A stretch of DNA of 61,282 nucleotides from an archaeon (GTDB taxonomy: Archaea; Nanobdellota; Nanobdellia; Pacearchaeales; GW2011-AR1). Position numbers and translations under genes: made by a program. Shown piece after piece: positions 16,473-25,557 of the stretch. The stretch spans positions 1 through 61,282 of the forward strand of contig JAZDPV010000016.1 of the NCBI GenBank assembly GCA_043797265.1, in the 5' to 3' direction. A model generated the notes under the pieces. The model saw only the letters and a list, made by a program, of their open reading frames with translations, had not been told where the DNA came from and did not search any database. How positions within the stretch are numbered: the first letter of the stretch is position 1; every line of letters starts with the position of its first letter.

Positions 16473-17612
16473 TTATTTTAAGTCTAATTTTTCTTTCGTG
16501 ATGTCAATCATTTTTTTTGAGATGTCGCGGTAGTCGAGATTTTTTATGACGTGCTCTCTGCCTGCTTCTCCCATTTTTTTACATAGTTTGTCGTCGGTTA
16601 AAAGTTTTAGCGTGAATTTTCGGAGGTCTTCGATGTCGGCGCGGTAAGCGAAAGTTTTTGGGGAGTCGAACTTGACGATTTGTTTTGTGTGAAAGCCCAT
16701 CGAGGGGTAAGCCCATTCTTCGTTTAGTTTGATTTCTTCGGCGACTTTTGCGAGGAATCCGGTTTTGTTATGGATGATTGTTTCGGCCGGGCCGCCTGCG
16801 TTTATCGAGATGACTGGTTTGCCACACGCCATCGCTTCAACTTGTATCATTCCAAATCCTTCAATTCTCGACGGGGCGGCGTAGATGTCGCAGGTGTTCA
16901 GAACTTCTGCCATGAATTCTTGCGTGAAGTAGTCATCTATAAATATTACTTTATCTTGTATTCCTAATTCGTTAACTAACTCCTCTTCTTTCTCTCTCCA
17001 TTCTGATGCACATTCGCTTGGCCATGATTTGCAAACATATTTCCAATTTTTGAATTCTTTGTCAATTTCTGCCAATGCTCTGAACATTTCTTGGGCTCCT
17101 TTTGAGGTGACATCTCCTCCTATTGTTAAAATCATTTTTTCATTATCTTTTATTCCGAACATTTTTCTTAGGGCTGATTTTCTTTCTGGGTTGTCTGTTG
17201 GCTTGAATAGGTCGGTGTCTATTCCAATGTGCATTGGGATTATTTTGCTTACGTCGACGCTGTCTCTTTTGTAAATGTCTTTGACCCATTGGCTTGTCGT
17301 GAACATCAGGTCGAGCTTGTCGAATTCTTCTTGATAGTTGGCGACCCATCCATCGGAGTTGAACCAGGGGACGGGGCGGATTCCATATTTCAGGGGAGAT
17401 TGTATGATTTCCGGAACGTTGCCCCAAAATCCTATGCCGAATGAAACGTCGGGCTTGGTGTGTTTCAAATAAAATTGTTTTTGTAGGCTGTCTTTGAAGT
17501 GGCAGGGGATGACTTCGTGATTGTAGTTTAGGATTCCTCTACGAAGCAGGTCTCCTTGAAGACTTTGTCCGTCGGGTTCGGTGGGGTGTGCGTATAGTAT
17601 TAAACATTTCAT
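16473..17612 (-). CDS. glycosyltransferase family 4
   Basis: 'PSRIEGFGMIQVEAMACGKPVI' (EX7E motif). 379 aa. Confidence 0.8.
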   Translation of the reverse strand: MKCLILYAHPTEPDGQSLQGDLLRRGILNYNHEVIPCHFKDSLQKQFYLKHTKPDVSFGIGFWGNVPEIIQSPLKYGIRPVPWFNSDGWVANYQEEFDKLDLMFTTSQWVKDIYKRDSVDVSKIIPMHIGIDTDLFKPTDNPERKSALRKMFGIKDNEKMILTIGGDVTSKGAQEMFRALAEIDKEFKNWKYVCKSWPSECASEWREKEEELVNELGIQDKVIFIDDYFTQEFMAEVLNTCDIYAAPSRIEGFGMIQVEAMACGKPVISINAGGPAETIIHNKTGFLAKVAEEIKLNEEWAYPSMGFHTKQIVKFDSPKTFAYRADIEDLRKFTLKLLTDDKLCKKMGEAGREHVIKNLDYRDISKKMIDITKEKLDLK

Positions 17613-18193
17613 CTTTTTTGTTTGAAGGTTTCGAGATTTCTTGAAGATGTTTCTTCGAAACTTCCTTTATCGAATCCATAAACGTCATGGATTAAATATT
17701 TTTTTTCCGTTAGGTGAACATCGCTCAATTTTATAAACTTATCTGAGTTTTTGTTTGCGCGACAAGATGCGCCGTCTTTGATGTAAGAGAAGAAGAAAAG
17801 TTTGTTGCATGAGAGCTGTTTGTTTTTTATCATTTTGTCGACGCTGTTGTGGACTTCCTTGTGCCGGATGTGTCCGTATTCGCCGTTTTCGCCGTGAGTG
17901 AAGATGTAGTCGTAGTTCTTGCGCAACGAGAGTTGTTTGATTCTGTCTGCAATTTCGCTGAGCGGGAGCTCGTTTAATTTTTCGTCTTCGAGGTCCGAGA
18001 TGAAACTTTTTGCGTTCAGTATCTTGCAGACTTTCTTGAATTTTGGCGCGCGGTCCTTGTCGTCTCGTCGGCACAAACTGATTATTGTCGTGTTCCATTT
18101 GTTTTTGTTCATCAGGAGAGTTCCGCCCATCCAGATTGTTTCGTCGTCGGGATGCGCCACGATGATTAGAATTTTTTTCTTTTCCTCTTTCAT
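17609..18193 (-). CDS. PIG-L/LmbE family N-acetylglucosaminyl deacetylase
   Basis: 'ILIIVAHPDDETIWMGG' and 'HGENGEYGHIRH'. Overlaps the GT4 gene start. Confidence 0.8.
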   Translation of the reverse strand: MKEEKKKILIIVAHPDDETIWMGGTLLMNKNKWNTTIISLCRRDDKDRAPKFKKVCKILNAKSFISDLEDEKLNELPLSEIADRIKQLSLRKNYDYIFTHGENGEYGHIRHKEVHNSVDKMIKNKQLSCNKLFFFSYIKDGASCRANKNSDKFIKLSDVHLTEKKYLIHDVYGFDKGSFEETSSRNLETFKQKR

Positions 18194-18235
18194 TGCAATG
18201 AAAAGATTTTTAATTAGATAAACCTTTCTTTATTG

Positions 18236-19114
18236 ATGAGGTTTGATGTTGTGACTTTTGGCTCGGCGGTTGTGGACGCATTTGTGTCGACGGAGCAGAG
18301 GGGTAAGAAGTTTGAATACAAGCTTGGTTCTAAAATTTTGATTGATGACTTGAAGTTTGACGTCGGTGGCGGTGCGACGAATTCTGCGGTTGCGTTTGCG
18401 CGGCTTGGTTTGAAGACGGGTTGTATTTGTAAAGTTGGCGATGATAATAATGGCGAGGATGTTTTAGATTGTTTGAAAAAAGAGCGTGTGAAATTTTTGG
18501 GGAAAGTTGTCGGTGGTAAAACTGGTTATTCTGTGATTTTGGATAGTCGAGGCGGGGACAGAACGATATTGACTTTCAAGGGTCCGGGAAATGATGTGAG
18601 GTTTTTTGATATCGTGAAGTTTAGGACTAAGTGGTTGTATTTTTCGTCGGTGTTGGGCGAGAGTTTGCGGACGCAGATTAAATTGGCTGAGCGGATGAAA
18701 AGGTCCGGAGTGAAGTTGGCGTTTAATCCGAGTGAATATTTGATTCGGGCGGTTGATATTCGGAAGTTGTTGGTGATGAGTGATGTTGTTGTTTTGAATC
18801 GGGAAGAGTTTGATTTGGTCGGGAAGAAGTATGGGAAAAGTTTGCTGGAGATTTGTACGGGGGTTGTTGTTGTGACAGATAAGGATAAGATTATAACTTG
18901 TTATGTCGACGGGAAAAAGTATTTTTTGAAGCCGCATAAAATTAAAGTTGTCGAGAGGACCGGGGCGGGCGATGCGTTTGCGTCGGGGTTTGTTGCGGGG
19001 CAGATTGTCGGGATGTCGATTGAGAAATGTTTGGAGTTGGGGCTTGAGGAGAGTGAGGCCGTGATTGGGTTTTTTGGGGCGAAGAATAATCTTTTGAAGA
19101 GGAAGTTGAGATGA
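18236..19114 (+). CDS. PfkB-family sugar kinase
   Basis: 'DVGGGATNSAVAFARLG' and 'GAGDAFASGFVAG'. Start trimmed to the ATG. Confidence 0.8.
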   Translation: MRFDVVTFGSAVVDAFVSTEQRGKKFEYKLGSKILIDDLKFDVGGGATNSAVAFARLGLKTGCICKVGDDNNGEDVLDCLKKERVKFLGKVVGGKTGYSVILDSRGGDRTILTFKGPGNDVRFFDIVKFRTKWLYFSSVLGESLRTQIKLAERMKRSGVKLAFNPSEYLIRAVDIRKLLVMSDVVVLNREEFDLVGKKYGKSLLEICTGVVVVTDKDKIITCYVDGKKYFLKPHKIKVVERTGAGDAFASGFVAGQIVGMSIEKCLELGLEESEAVIGFFGAKNNLLKRKLR

Positions 19115-19124
19115 TTGAATTAAA

Positions 19125-19585
19125 ATTGCTCACGGATTGGCACGGATTAAAATTAAGATGAAACATGAATATATTACGGAGAAAATTATAAAAGTTTTTT
19201 ATGAAGTTTACAATGTTCTTGGGTATGGATTTTTGGAGAAGGTTTATGAAAATGCTTTGAAAATTGAGTTTGATAAAATTGGGTTGAGATATGTTAATCA
19301 GTATTCGATTAAAGTTTTTTATAAGGGAAAAATTGTAGGAGATTATGTTGCTGATTTTATTGTTGAGAATAAGGTTGTAGTTGAGGTGAAGGCGATTAAA
19401 AAATTTAGTAAGGTCGAAGAGTCACAGTTGTTGAATTATTTGACTGCTACAGATAAGGAAGTTGGGTTGTTGTTGAATTTTGGAGAAGAGGCGGAGTTTA
19501 AGAGGAAGGTTTATGATAATGAATTAAAGAAATATTTAGGTGAGGAATAATGGCTCACGGATTTCACGGATGGACACGGATTTTT
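19125..19585 (+). mobile_element. GxxExxY gene cassette bounded by CACGGAT-type repeats
   Basis: Left flank is ATTGCTCACGGATTGGCACGGATTAAAATT. Right flank is AATAATGGCTCACGGATTTCACGGATGGACACGGATTTTT. The interior is AT-rich. Confidence 0.5.
19158..19550 (+). CDS. GxxExxY family protein (PD-(D/E)XK-like)
   Basis: 'GYGFLEKVYENAL' (GxxExxY) and 'DFIVENKVVVEVKA'. Paralog of 22435..22836. Confidence 0.8.
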   Translation: MKHEYITEKIIKVFYEVYNVLGYGFLEKVYENALKIEFDKIGLRYVNQYSIKVFYKGKIVGDYVADFIVENKVVVEVKAIKKFSKVEESQLLNYLTATDKEVGLLLNFGEEAEFKRKVYDNELKKYLGEE

Positions 19586-19626
19586 GGTTTGGGGAAATTA
19601 ATAAATGTGTTTTGGGTTGGGTTGAG

Positions 19627-20112
19627 ATGAAAACAGAATTGAGATATAGTATAATTCATGAAGTTATTCTCAGCCATGGGAATGTCGATAGAGCGTTTGA
19701 TTTAAATGAATATAAAAAATTAGAAAAGAAGTCCGAGAAGTTCGTAAAATTATATAATCAGAATATAAAGAAAATTGTTGAATTATTAGAGAAAAAAGTT
19801 GGTTCAAGAAAGTGGCAATATGAATTTGTTCCAATTTATATTGTTGATATTAATTTGGAGAAATGTTATTTGTTTTCAGGAGAGAAAAAAATTAACTGGA
19901 AAGGATATGGTGATCCAATTACAATTCTTTTAAGGCAGGAGAAAGTGATGTTGTTTACTTTAATTCATGAGCTTGCTCATAATTTGATTGATTTAGAAAC
20001 ACAAGTGAAGATGGGTGAAGAAAAAGCAGAGAATTATATTCATTTAGATGTTTCTCAATATGTTTGGGATCAATTAAATATAGGGGACTGGAGAGAGTAT
20101 ATTAAAAAATGA
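19627..20112 (+). CDS. hypothetical protein with an HExxH motif (putative metallopeptidase)
   Basis: 'LIHELAHNL'. Trimmed to the ATG (MKTELRYS...). AT-rich. Confidence 0.4.
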   Translation: MKTELRYSIIHEVILSHGNVDRAFDLNEYKKLEKKSEKFVKLYNQNIKKIVELLEKKVGSRKWQYEFVPIYIVDINLEKCYLFSGEKKINWKGYGDPITILLRQEKVMLFTLIHELAHNLIDLETQVKMGEEKAENYIHLDVSQYVWDQLNIGDWREYIKK

Positions 20113-20900
20113 AAGTTAAATTGAATAAGATTTTGCGGAAGGGGCGGGGAATGTTTTTGGCTTATGACCAGGGGATGGAGCATGGGCCGACGGATTTTAA
20201 TGACAGGAATGTTGACCCGGTTTATATTATTGATATTGCTCGACGGGGGAAATTTACGGCGTTGATTTTTCAGAAGGGTATTGCGGAGAAGTATAATTCT
20301 GAAATTAGGAAATCGGGGGTGCCATTGATTGTGAAGTTGAATGGGAAGACGAGTTTAGTTCGGGGCGAGCCGGTGTCGAGGCAGTTGTGTTCCGTCGGTG
20401 AGGCGGTGAAGTTGGGTGCGGTTGCGGTTGGTTATACGATTTATATTGGGAGCGAGTTTGAGAGTGAGATGATGGCGGAGTTCGAGAGGATTCAGGTTGA
20501 GGCGCATGAGAGAGGACTGCCGGTTGTTGTTTGGATTTATCCGCGTGGAAAATTTCTAAGAAATTTTCCACGAGAAGTCAGAAGTCAGAAGTCAGAAGTC
20601 AGAGATAAAAATAGGGAGTTGATGGCATATGCGGCGCGGGTTGGTTTGGAGATTGGTGCGGATATTGTTAAGTTGCAGTCGAACGGGGACAAGGAAGATT
20701 TGGCGTGGGCGGTTGAGTCGGCGGGGAAGTGCAAGATTGTCGTCGCTGGTGGAAAGAAGAAAAGCGAGGGGGAGTTGTTGGCTGAGGTTCGAGATGCGAT
20801 GAGTGTTGGTTGTGTCGGGGTCGCGGTTGGACGAAATGTTTGGCAGGCGGAGAAGCCGGTTGATGTTGCTGGTAAATTGAGGAAGATAATTTGGGGATGA
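20109..20900 (+). CDS. fba: class I fructose-bisphosphate aldolase, archaeal (DhnA/FbaB) type
   Basis: 'YDQGMEHGP', 'LIVKLNG', 'GADIVKL' and 'GVAVGRNVWQ'. Carries a heptamer-encoded REVRSQKSEVRD insert. Confidence 0.8.
   Translation: MKVKLNKILRKGRGMFLAYDQGMEHGPTDFNDRNVDPVYIIDIARRGKFTALIFQKGIAEKYNSEIRKSGVPLIVKLNGKTSLVRGEPVSRQLCSVGEAVKLGAVAVGYTIYIGSEFESEMMAEFERIQVEAHERGLPVVVWIYPRGKFLRNFPREVRSQKSEVRDKNRELMAYAARVGLEIGADIVKLQSNGDKEDLAWAVESAGKCKIVVAGGKKKSEGELLAEVRDAMSVGCVGVAVGRNVWQAEKPVDVAGKLRKIIWG
20572..20606 (+). repeat. in-frame heptamer array (CAGAAGT x5) inside fba
   Basis: GAGAAGT CAGAAGT x3 CAGAGAT. The 31-nt block AGAAGTCAGAAGTCAGAAGTCAGAAGTCAGA is identical to the one in pgk. Confidence 0.9.
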
Positions 20901-21367
20901 AAGCAAATAAATTTTTGGAGATTTGTAAAAAATGCGGAGCACTTTGTTGTAGAGTTGGTGGTTCAACCTATACAGAAGAGGAAAAAAATAGGGTTTTAAA
21001 GGCAGGATACGAGGATTATTTTGTTGAGGTTGAGACAGGATTTTATGAAACAAAATGTAAAAATGGAAGATGCCCATATCTAAAGGAGAATAATTCGTGC
21101 GAGATTCAAGAGGTTAAACCTATTGTTTGTGTTTCTTATCCAATATTTCCTAATTTTAAAGGTAAAGAGGGATATACTTTGATTGAGTGTCCATTGGCTA
21201 AAATAATGTCAAAAAAAGAAATTAGTAAATGCAAAAGGGATGCCGATAAAGTTTCAAAAAAATTAATGGACGTTGTATTAAATTATGAGACAATAAAAAA
21301 TGAAAATGAAAGAGAATTGGCTATGAAGAATTTTAAAAAATTAGGTAAGCAGGTAGATTTAGAATGA
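20891..21367 (+). CDS. YkgJ/UPF0153-type CxxCxxCC zinc/iron-chelating domain protein
   Basis: 'CKKCGALCCRVGG' plus downstream Cys residues. Confidence 0.6.
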   Translation: MGMKANKFLEICKKCGALCCRVGGSTYTEEEKNRVLKAGYEDYFVEVETGFYETKCKNGRCPYLKENNSCEIQEVKPIVCVSYPIFPNFKGKEGYTLIECPLAKIMSKKEISKCKRDADKVSKKLMDVVLNYETIKNENERELAMKNFKKLGKQVDLE

Positions 21368-21386
21368 AGTTGGAAGAGATTTTGTT

Positions 21387-21722
21387 TTGGATGATGATGG
21401 GGGTTATGTTGTTGTTGATAGTGTTGATAGGAATATGGTTGATAACAGGCGTGAAGTGAGGAAGAGGATTTTAGATGTGGTGTATATTGTGGCTATGATA
21501 TTTGTAATTGTGTTTGGATTGTTTATTGCTTATCAGTTGATTAGAAGGTTGTTGGGTGGTTCGTGGGGAGTTGAAGATTTAGTGTTGGGGTTGTTGATGG
21601 CGCTTGTTGGTTTGTTTTTTATTATTGCTATTAGTCAGGTTAAGTTGGGAATGGAATTTAAATTTTTTCGAAGGCAGTTTGGTGGATTAGTAAATGATTT
21701 GAAAAGAAAAGGTGTAATATGA
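21387..21722 (+). CDS. membrane protein (2 TM)
   Basis: Two hydrophobic helices. Starts with TTG, so the start is uncertain (next in-frame ATG at 21435). Confidence 0.4.
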   Translation: MDDDGGYVVVDSVDRNMVDNRREVRKRILDVVYIVAMIFVIVFGLFIAYQLIRRLLGGSWGVEDLVLGLLMALVGLFFIIAISQVKLGMEFKFFRRQFGGLVNDLKRKGVI

Positions 21723-22345
21723 AGCCGATTGTTGTTGTGAATTTTAAGACGTATAAGCAGGGGGCTGGGGTTTTGAAGTTGGCGCGGGCAATTGAGAAAG
21801 TTGATGAGGAAATTATTGTCGGGGTGCAAGCGTGTGATGTTTTGGCGGTTTCGTCGAGGACGAATTTGAAAGTTTTTTGCCAGCATGTTGATTGGCAGAA
21901 GCCGGGGCGCGGGACCGGGTTTATTTTGCCCGAGGCGGTGAAAGCGGATGGGGCGGTTGGAGTTTTTTTGAATCATTCGGAGCATAAATTGAAATGGAGA
22001 ATTTTGAAGAGGACGGTTCGGAGATGTCGCGAGGTTGGGCTGGGTGTTTTGATTTTTGCGTCGGGGTTGAGAGAGGCCCGACGAGTCCGGAAGTTGAAGC
22101 CGGATTATTTGGTTGTTGAGCCGCCGGAGTTGGTTGGTGGAAAGGTTTCAGTTTCTTCCCGTCCTGAATTTATTTTGGATTTGTCGAGGAATCTGAAATG
22201 TGATTTTTTGGTTGGAGCCGGGATTTGTTCGAGGAGGGATGTTGTTCGGGCTTTGGAGTTGGGGGCGGTTGGCGTCGCTGTTTCTTCTGGTATCGTGAGG
22301 GCTCGCGAGCCGGGGCGAGTTTTGCGGAGGATGCTCACGAAATAA
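21719..22345 (+). CDS. tpiA: triosephosphate isomerase (short archaeal type)
   Basis: 'VVVNFKTY', 'GVFLNHSEH', 'PDYLVVEPPELVG' and 'LVGAGI'. 208 aa. Confidence 0.9.
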   Translation: MKPIVVVNFKTYKQGAGVLKLARAIEKVDEEIIVGVQACDVLAVSSRTNLKVFCQHVDWQKPGRGTGFILPEAVKADGAVGVFLNHSEHKLKWRILKRTVRRCREVGLGVLIFASGLREARRVRKLKPDYLVVEPPELVGGKVSVSSRPEFILDLSRNLKCDFLVGAGICSRRDVVRALELGAVGVAVSSGIVRAREPGRVLRRMLTK

Positions 22346-22875
22346 TTGCTCACGAATAACACGGATTGACACGAATTTTTTATTGGGGTAAATTATATGG
22401 AAGGTTTTTTATATAAGGAGTATTTGTTGGGCTGATGGAGTTTGAGGGGATTAGCGGGAAAGTTATTGAGATTTTTTATCGGGTTTATAATGGATTGGGT
22501 TATGGATTTTTGGAGAGTGTTTATGAGAGGGCGATGATGCACGAGTTTGTGAAGGAGGGGATTGAATTTGTTAATCAGTTTCCGATTAAGGTTTATTATG
22601 ACGGGGTTGTCGTCGGGAGTTTTGTTGCGGATTTTGTCGTTGAAGGGAATTTGGTGGTTGAGTTGAAAGCGGTGCGTGAGGTGTCTCAGGCAGATGAGAA
22701 TCAGTTGTTGAATTATTTGAGTTCGACAGACAAGGAAATAGGATTATTGTTGAACTTTGGTGAGAAACCGGAGATTAAACGAAAGGTTTATGATAATGTT
22801 CGGAAGAAAAATTATCGTGGTGGGCTCACGAAATAATTGCTCACGAATAAACACGGATTGACACGAATTTTTTTT
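22333..22875 (+). mobile_element. GxxExxY gene cassette flanked by ~50-bp direct repeats that include the tpiA stop region
   Basis: GCTCACGAAATAATTGCTCACGAATAACACGGATTGACACGAATTTTTT at 22333..22381 is repeated at 22824..22875 with one extra A. Both tpiA and the cassette ORF therefore end in LTK-stop. Confidence 0.7.
22435..22836 (+). CDS. GxxExxY family protein (PD-(D/E)XK-like)
   Basis: 'GYGFLESVYERAM' and 'DFVVEGNLVVELKA'. It has its own TATA (TTTTATATAA, about 20 nt upstream). Confidence 0.8.
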   Translation: MEFEGISGKVIEIFYRVYNGLGYGFLESVYERAMMHEFVKEGIEFVNQFPIKVYYDGVVVGSFVADFVVEGNLVVELKAVREVSQADENQLLNYLSSTDKEIGLLLNFGEKPEIKRKVYDNVRKKNYRGGLTK

Positions 22876-22993
22876 GGGTTGGGATAGATGAAGTATAAAG
22901 AGAATTAAAATCGAAAAATTTATAAATTTGGAATTACTACTTAGTTTAAGTTAATTAAATTTTACAAGGCCGATAAGGTATTGATTTTGTAAA

Positions 22994-23341
22994 ATGGGTG
23001 AGTCGGGGGAAACAGAAGAGAATAAAACAGAAGAGAAAGTGAGTGTGTCTTTAAAAGGGGATACTATCTTGCTTCTTGATGAAGTAGCGAGAAAGAAAGT
23101 TGCTTTGGCTATGAAAAATGGTTCTTTTGATATAATTAATTTAATAAGAAGCAAGAGGGGCAGGGGAATTTCTTATGATCGTGAAGTAAATTATTTAGCA
23201 AGAATTTATCTTGCAGTAATGGATGAAACCGCTTTAAGTAGAGACATGATAGATAAGAATCCACAATTAAAAAAAGTTCTTGATAGATTAAATGAAATTA
23301 ATAATTTTTTTATTAAGTCTGAGCACAGGGATGAAGAATAA
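22994..23341 (+). CDS. hypothetical protein, possibly with an N-terminal ribbon-helix-helix
   Basis: 'VSVSLKGDTILLLDEVARKK' resembles the RHH beta-strand plus helix. Confidence 0.4.
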   Translation: MGESGETEENKTEEKVSVSLKGDTILLLDEVARKKVALAMKNGSFDIINLIRSKRGRGISYDREVNYLARIYLAVMDETALSRDMIDKNPQLKKVLDRLNEINNFFIKSEHRDEE

Positions 23342-23349
23342 TTCTATAT

Positions 23350-23385
23350 ACTAACATTACTAACATTACTAACATTACTAATATT
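23350..23385 (+). repeat. 9-mer tandem repeat (ACTAACATT x4)
   Basis: ACTAACATT x3 followed by ACTAATATT, directly after the stop at 23341. Confidence 0.85.
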
Positions 23386-23445
23386 TTGAGGTTTATTTAT
23401 TAAGTTCGTCATCTTGATTGCTTTACAATATTGCTTTACGATAAG

Positions 23446-23661
23446 ATGAAGAAAAAAAGAGAAGATGCTAATTATAATCAAGAAAAAATTATAAAAGAAT
23501 TAAAAGAAAATCCGGAGGGATTTACTGTTTCTGAATTGTCCAAAAAAATTAGTGTTTCAAGGCAAACGGTATCCAATCATTTTGCATTTTTGGAAGGCGC
23601 AAAAAAAGTTAAAACGAGGCAGACAGGTATGGCTAAAATTTATTTTTGGGGTGGAAAATGA
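23446..23661 (+). CDS. winged-helix DNA-binding protein
   Basis: 'FTVSELSKKISVSRQTVSNHFAFLEGAKKV'. Stop is ATGA-overlapped with the next gene. Confidence 0.6.
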   Translation: MKKKREDANYNQEKIIKELKENPEGFTVSELSKKISVSRQTVSNHFAFLEGAKKVKTRQTGMAKIYFWGGK

Positions 23662-25067
23662 GCAAGAACTTTTTTATTTTAATGGGCGTGTTTATTTTGG
23701 CATTAACTATAAATATTGTTTCAGCGTCGGATGTTTTGGTTTGGCAGGGGCAGTATTATACTGGGACGACTTTTAATGTGGGGACTTATGAATTTAATTT
23801 TAGTGTTTATGATGCTTTGACGGGAGGGAGTGTTTGTTATTCTAATACGACGAGTTTGACGACGGGAAATTTTGGAGAGTGGAGAACTGAGCAGAGCGGT
23901 GTGAGTTCTGCTTGTAGTAATGTTTCGAAGGATTATTATTTGAATATAAATATCGATGGGGTGGACCAAACTCCGAGGAGAAGGGTGGCGGTTTGGAATT
24001 TTTTAAGGAAGGATGTTGATGAAGTTTCAACAGGAAATTTAGTGTTGCATGGTGTATTGCAGGGTTTAAGCCCGCTGAAGTTACAGGATGAAATTAATTT
24101 TCTTAAATCTGATGGAATTGTTACATCAGCATTATATAATGCTCCAAGAGAACTTTCATCCACACTTCCATCTGTTTTTGCAGATTCATTAATCCATGAT
24201 ATTATACAAGAAACAAATGATTATGGGATGCAGGAATGCTTTTGGGATGAAAATACAGAGACAATGCAAATGTGTATTAGTGGGTCGTATTTACCATACA
24301 GAGCAACTACTGTTTCAAGAAGTTTTCAGGTAGTGGGGAACACAACAAACAAGCCAGTAAATGAAAATTTTACTTTATGTGAAGGAAATAATTATGTTGA
24401 TTGCGACAGCGATGCGACGGGGGCGGATTTGTTGGTTGAGGATGATATTGAGGCGATTGGAAGTATATTCTCGCAGGAAAATATAACTGCGAATTATTTT
24501 ATCGGGGATGGGAGTTTGTTGACGGGAATTTCAGGAGGGGGAAATCCATTTAACCAAGTTTGTAATACAACTTCAAATGTTACTTTCAATACAATTACTG
24601 GAACAGGGTTAATTACCGGCGTAGGATTAATAGCCAAAAGTACTAGTGGAACAAAGAATTTTACTATAAACTATACTGGAACTGAATGGGATTTATCTCA
24701 ATCGGGAACATCAGGGGAAATTCATTTTATGACTAATGCCCATAATCCCCAAATATCTGCGGGAAGATCTGATTCGGGAGGTTCTTTCTTTATAGATATG
24801 CATAATGGAAGACCAATAAAACTTAGTACTATTAGCAAAGGAGAGGTTCAAGTGGGTGCTAATCTTACCGTTGGAGAAAATATTAACGTAACAGGAAGTA
24901 TAACTACTGGAGGAAAAATTCAAGGAGATTATTATGCTAATGATAGTTCGGAGGGAATAACTAATCTGGGAGGTTATAGTATTTGTCTTTCAGTTAATGG
25001 TGGAGGTGGATGTGATACTTGGTGCACATTACAAATTAAGAATGGTTTAATTACGGGATGTAGTTGA
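23658..25067 (+). CDS. secreted protein, fibre/adhesin-like
   Basis: Signal peptide FFILMGVFILALTINIVSA. Many N-x-S/T sites. 'YFIGDGSLLTGISGG' is reminiscent of tail-fibre repeats (weak). Confidence 0.5.
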   Translation: MSKNFFILMGVFILALTINIVSASDVLVWQGQYYTGTTFNVGTYEFNFSVYDALTGGSVCYSNTTSLTTGNFGEWRTEQSGVSSACSNVSKDYYLNINIDGVDQTPRRRVAVWNFLRKDVDEVSTGNLVLHGVLQGLSPLKLQDEINFLKSDGIVTSALYNAPRELSSTLPSVFADSLIHDIIQETNDYGMQECFWDENTETMQMCISGSYLPYRATTVSRSFQVVGNTTNKPVNENFTLCEGNNYVDCDSDATGADLLVEDDIEAIGSIFSQENITANYFIGDGSLLTGISGGGNPFNQVCNTTSNVTFNTITGTGLITGVGLIAKSTSGTKNFTINYTGTEWDLSQSGTSGEIHFMTNAHNPQISAGRSDSGGSFFIDMHNGRPIKLSTISKGEVQVGANLTVGENINVTGSITTGGKIQGDYYANDSSEGITNLGGYSICLSVNGGGGCDTWCTLQIKNGLITGCS

Positions 25068-25069
25068 AA

Positions 25070-25528
25070 ATGAAATTTATAATCCTTATAATTCTTTTAT
25101 TTTTATTTATTCCTTTAGTTTTCGCAGAAACAACCTTCTTTGATAATCCCGACGATGCTTTTGTTATGGGAAATTCTCCAGCAACAGGAGGAGTTATAAT
25201 AACTGAGGAACAACAGGCAGGTGGTGGTGGTTGTTTATATAAATGGAATTGCACGGATTGGAGCGAATGTTTTTCATCGGGAGAGCAAACAAGAGATTGT
25301 GTTAATGTTGGGAGTTGTCCTGATACATATAAAGTTCCGGAGACAAGACAAAATTGTACTTATGTGGTTTCGGGGATTGGAGAAGATTTGGAGAAAGAAG
25401 GCGAGGAGGAAGGGATAGTAAATGAGAATAGGATATTTATTTATGTTGTTGTAGTTTTGATAATTCTTTTTGTTGTGTTTTATTTGGAGAAGGATTATTT
25501 TAAAAAGTTAATTAAGAAGAGTTTTTGA
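25070..25528 (+). CDS. secreted Cys-containing protein with a C-terminal TM anchor
   Basis: Signal peptide, 'CLYKWNCTDWSECFSSGEQTRDCVNVGSCPD', and TM helix IFIYVVVVLIILFVVF. Confidence 0.5.
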   Translation: MKFIILIILLFLFIPLVFAETTFFDNPDDAFVMGNSPATGGVIITEEQQAGGGGCLYKWNCTDWSECFSSGEQTRDCVNVGSCPDTYKVPETRQNCTYVVSGIGEDLEKEGEEEGIVNENRIFIYVVVVLIILFVVFYLEKDYFKKLIKKSF

Positions 25529-25557
25529 AGATTGAATGTTTTTGGGAGTTAATTATT

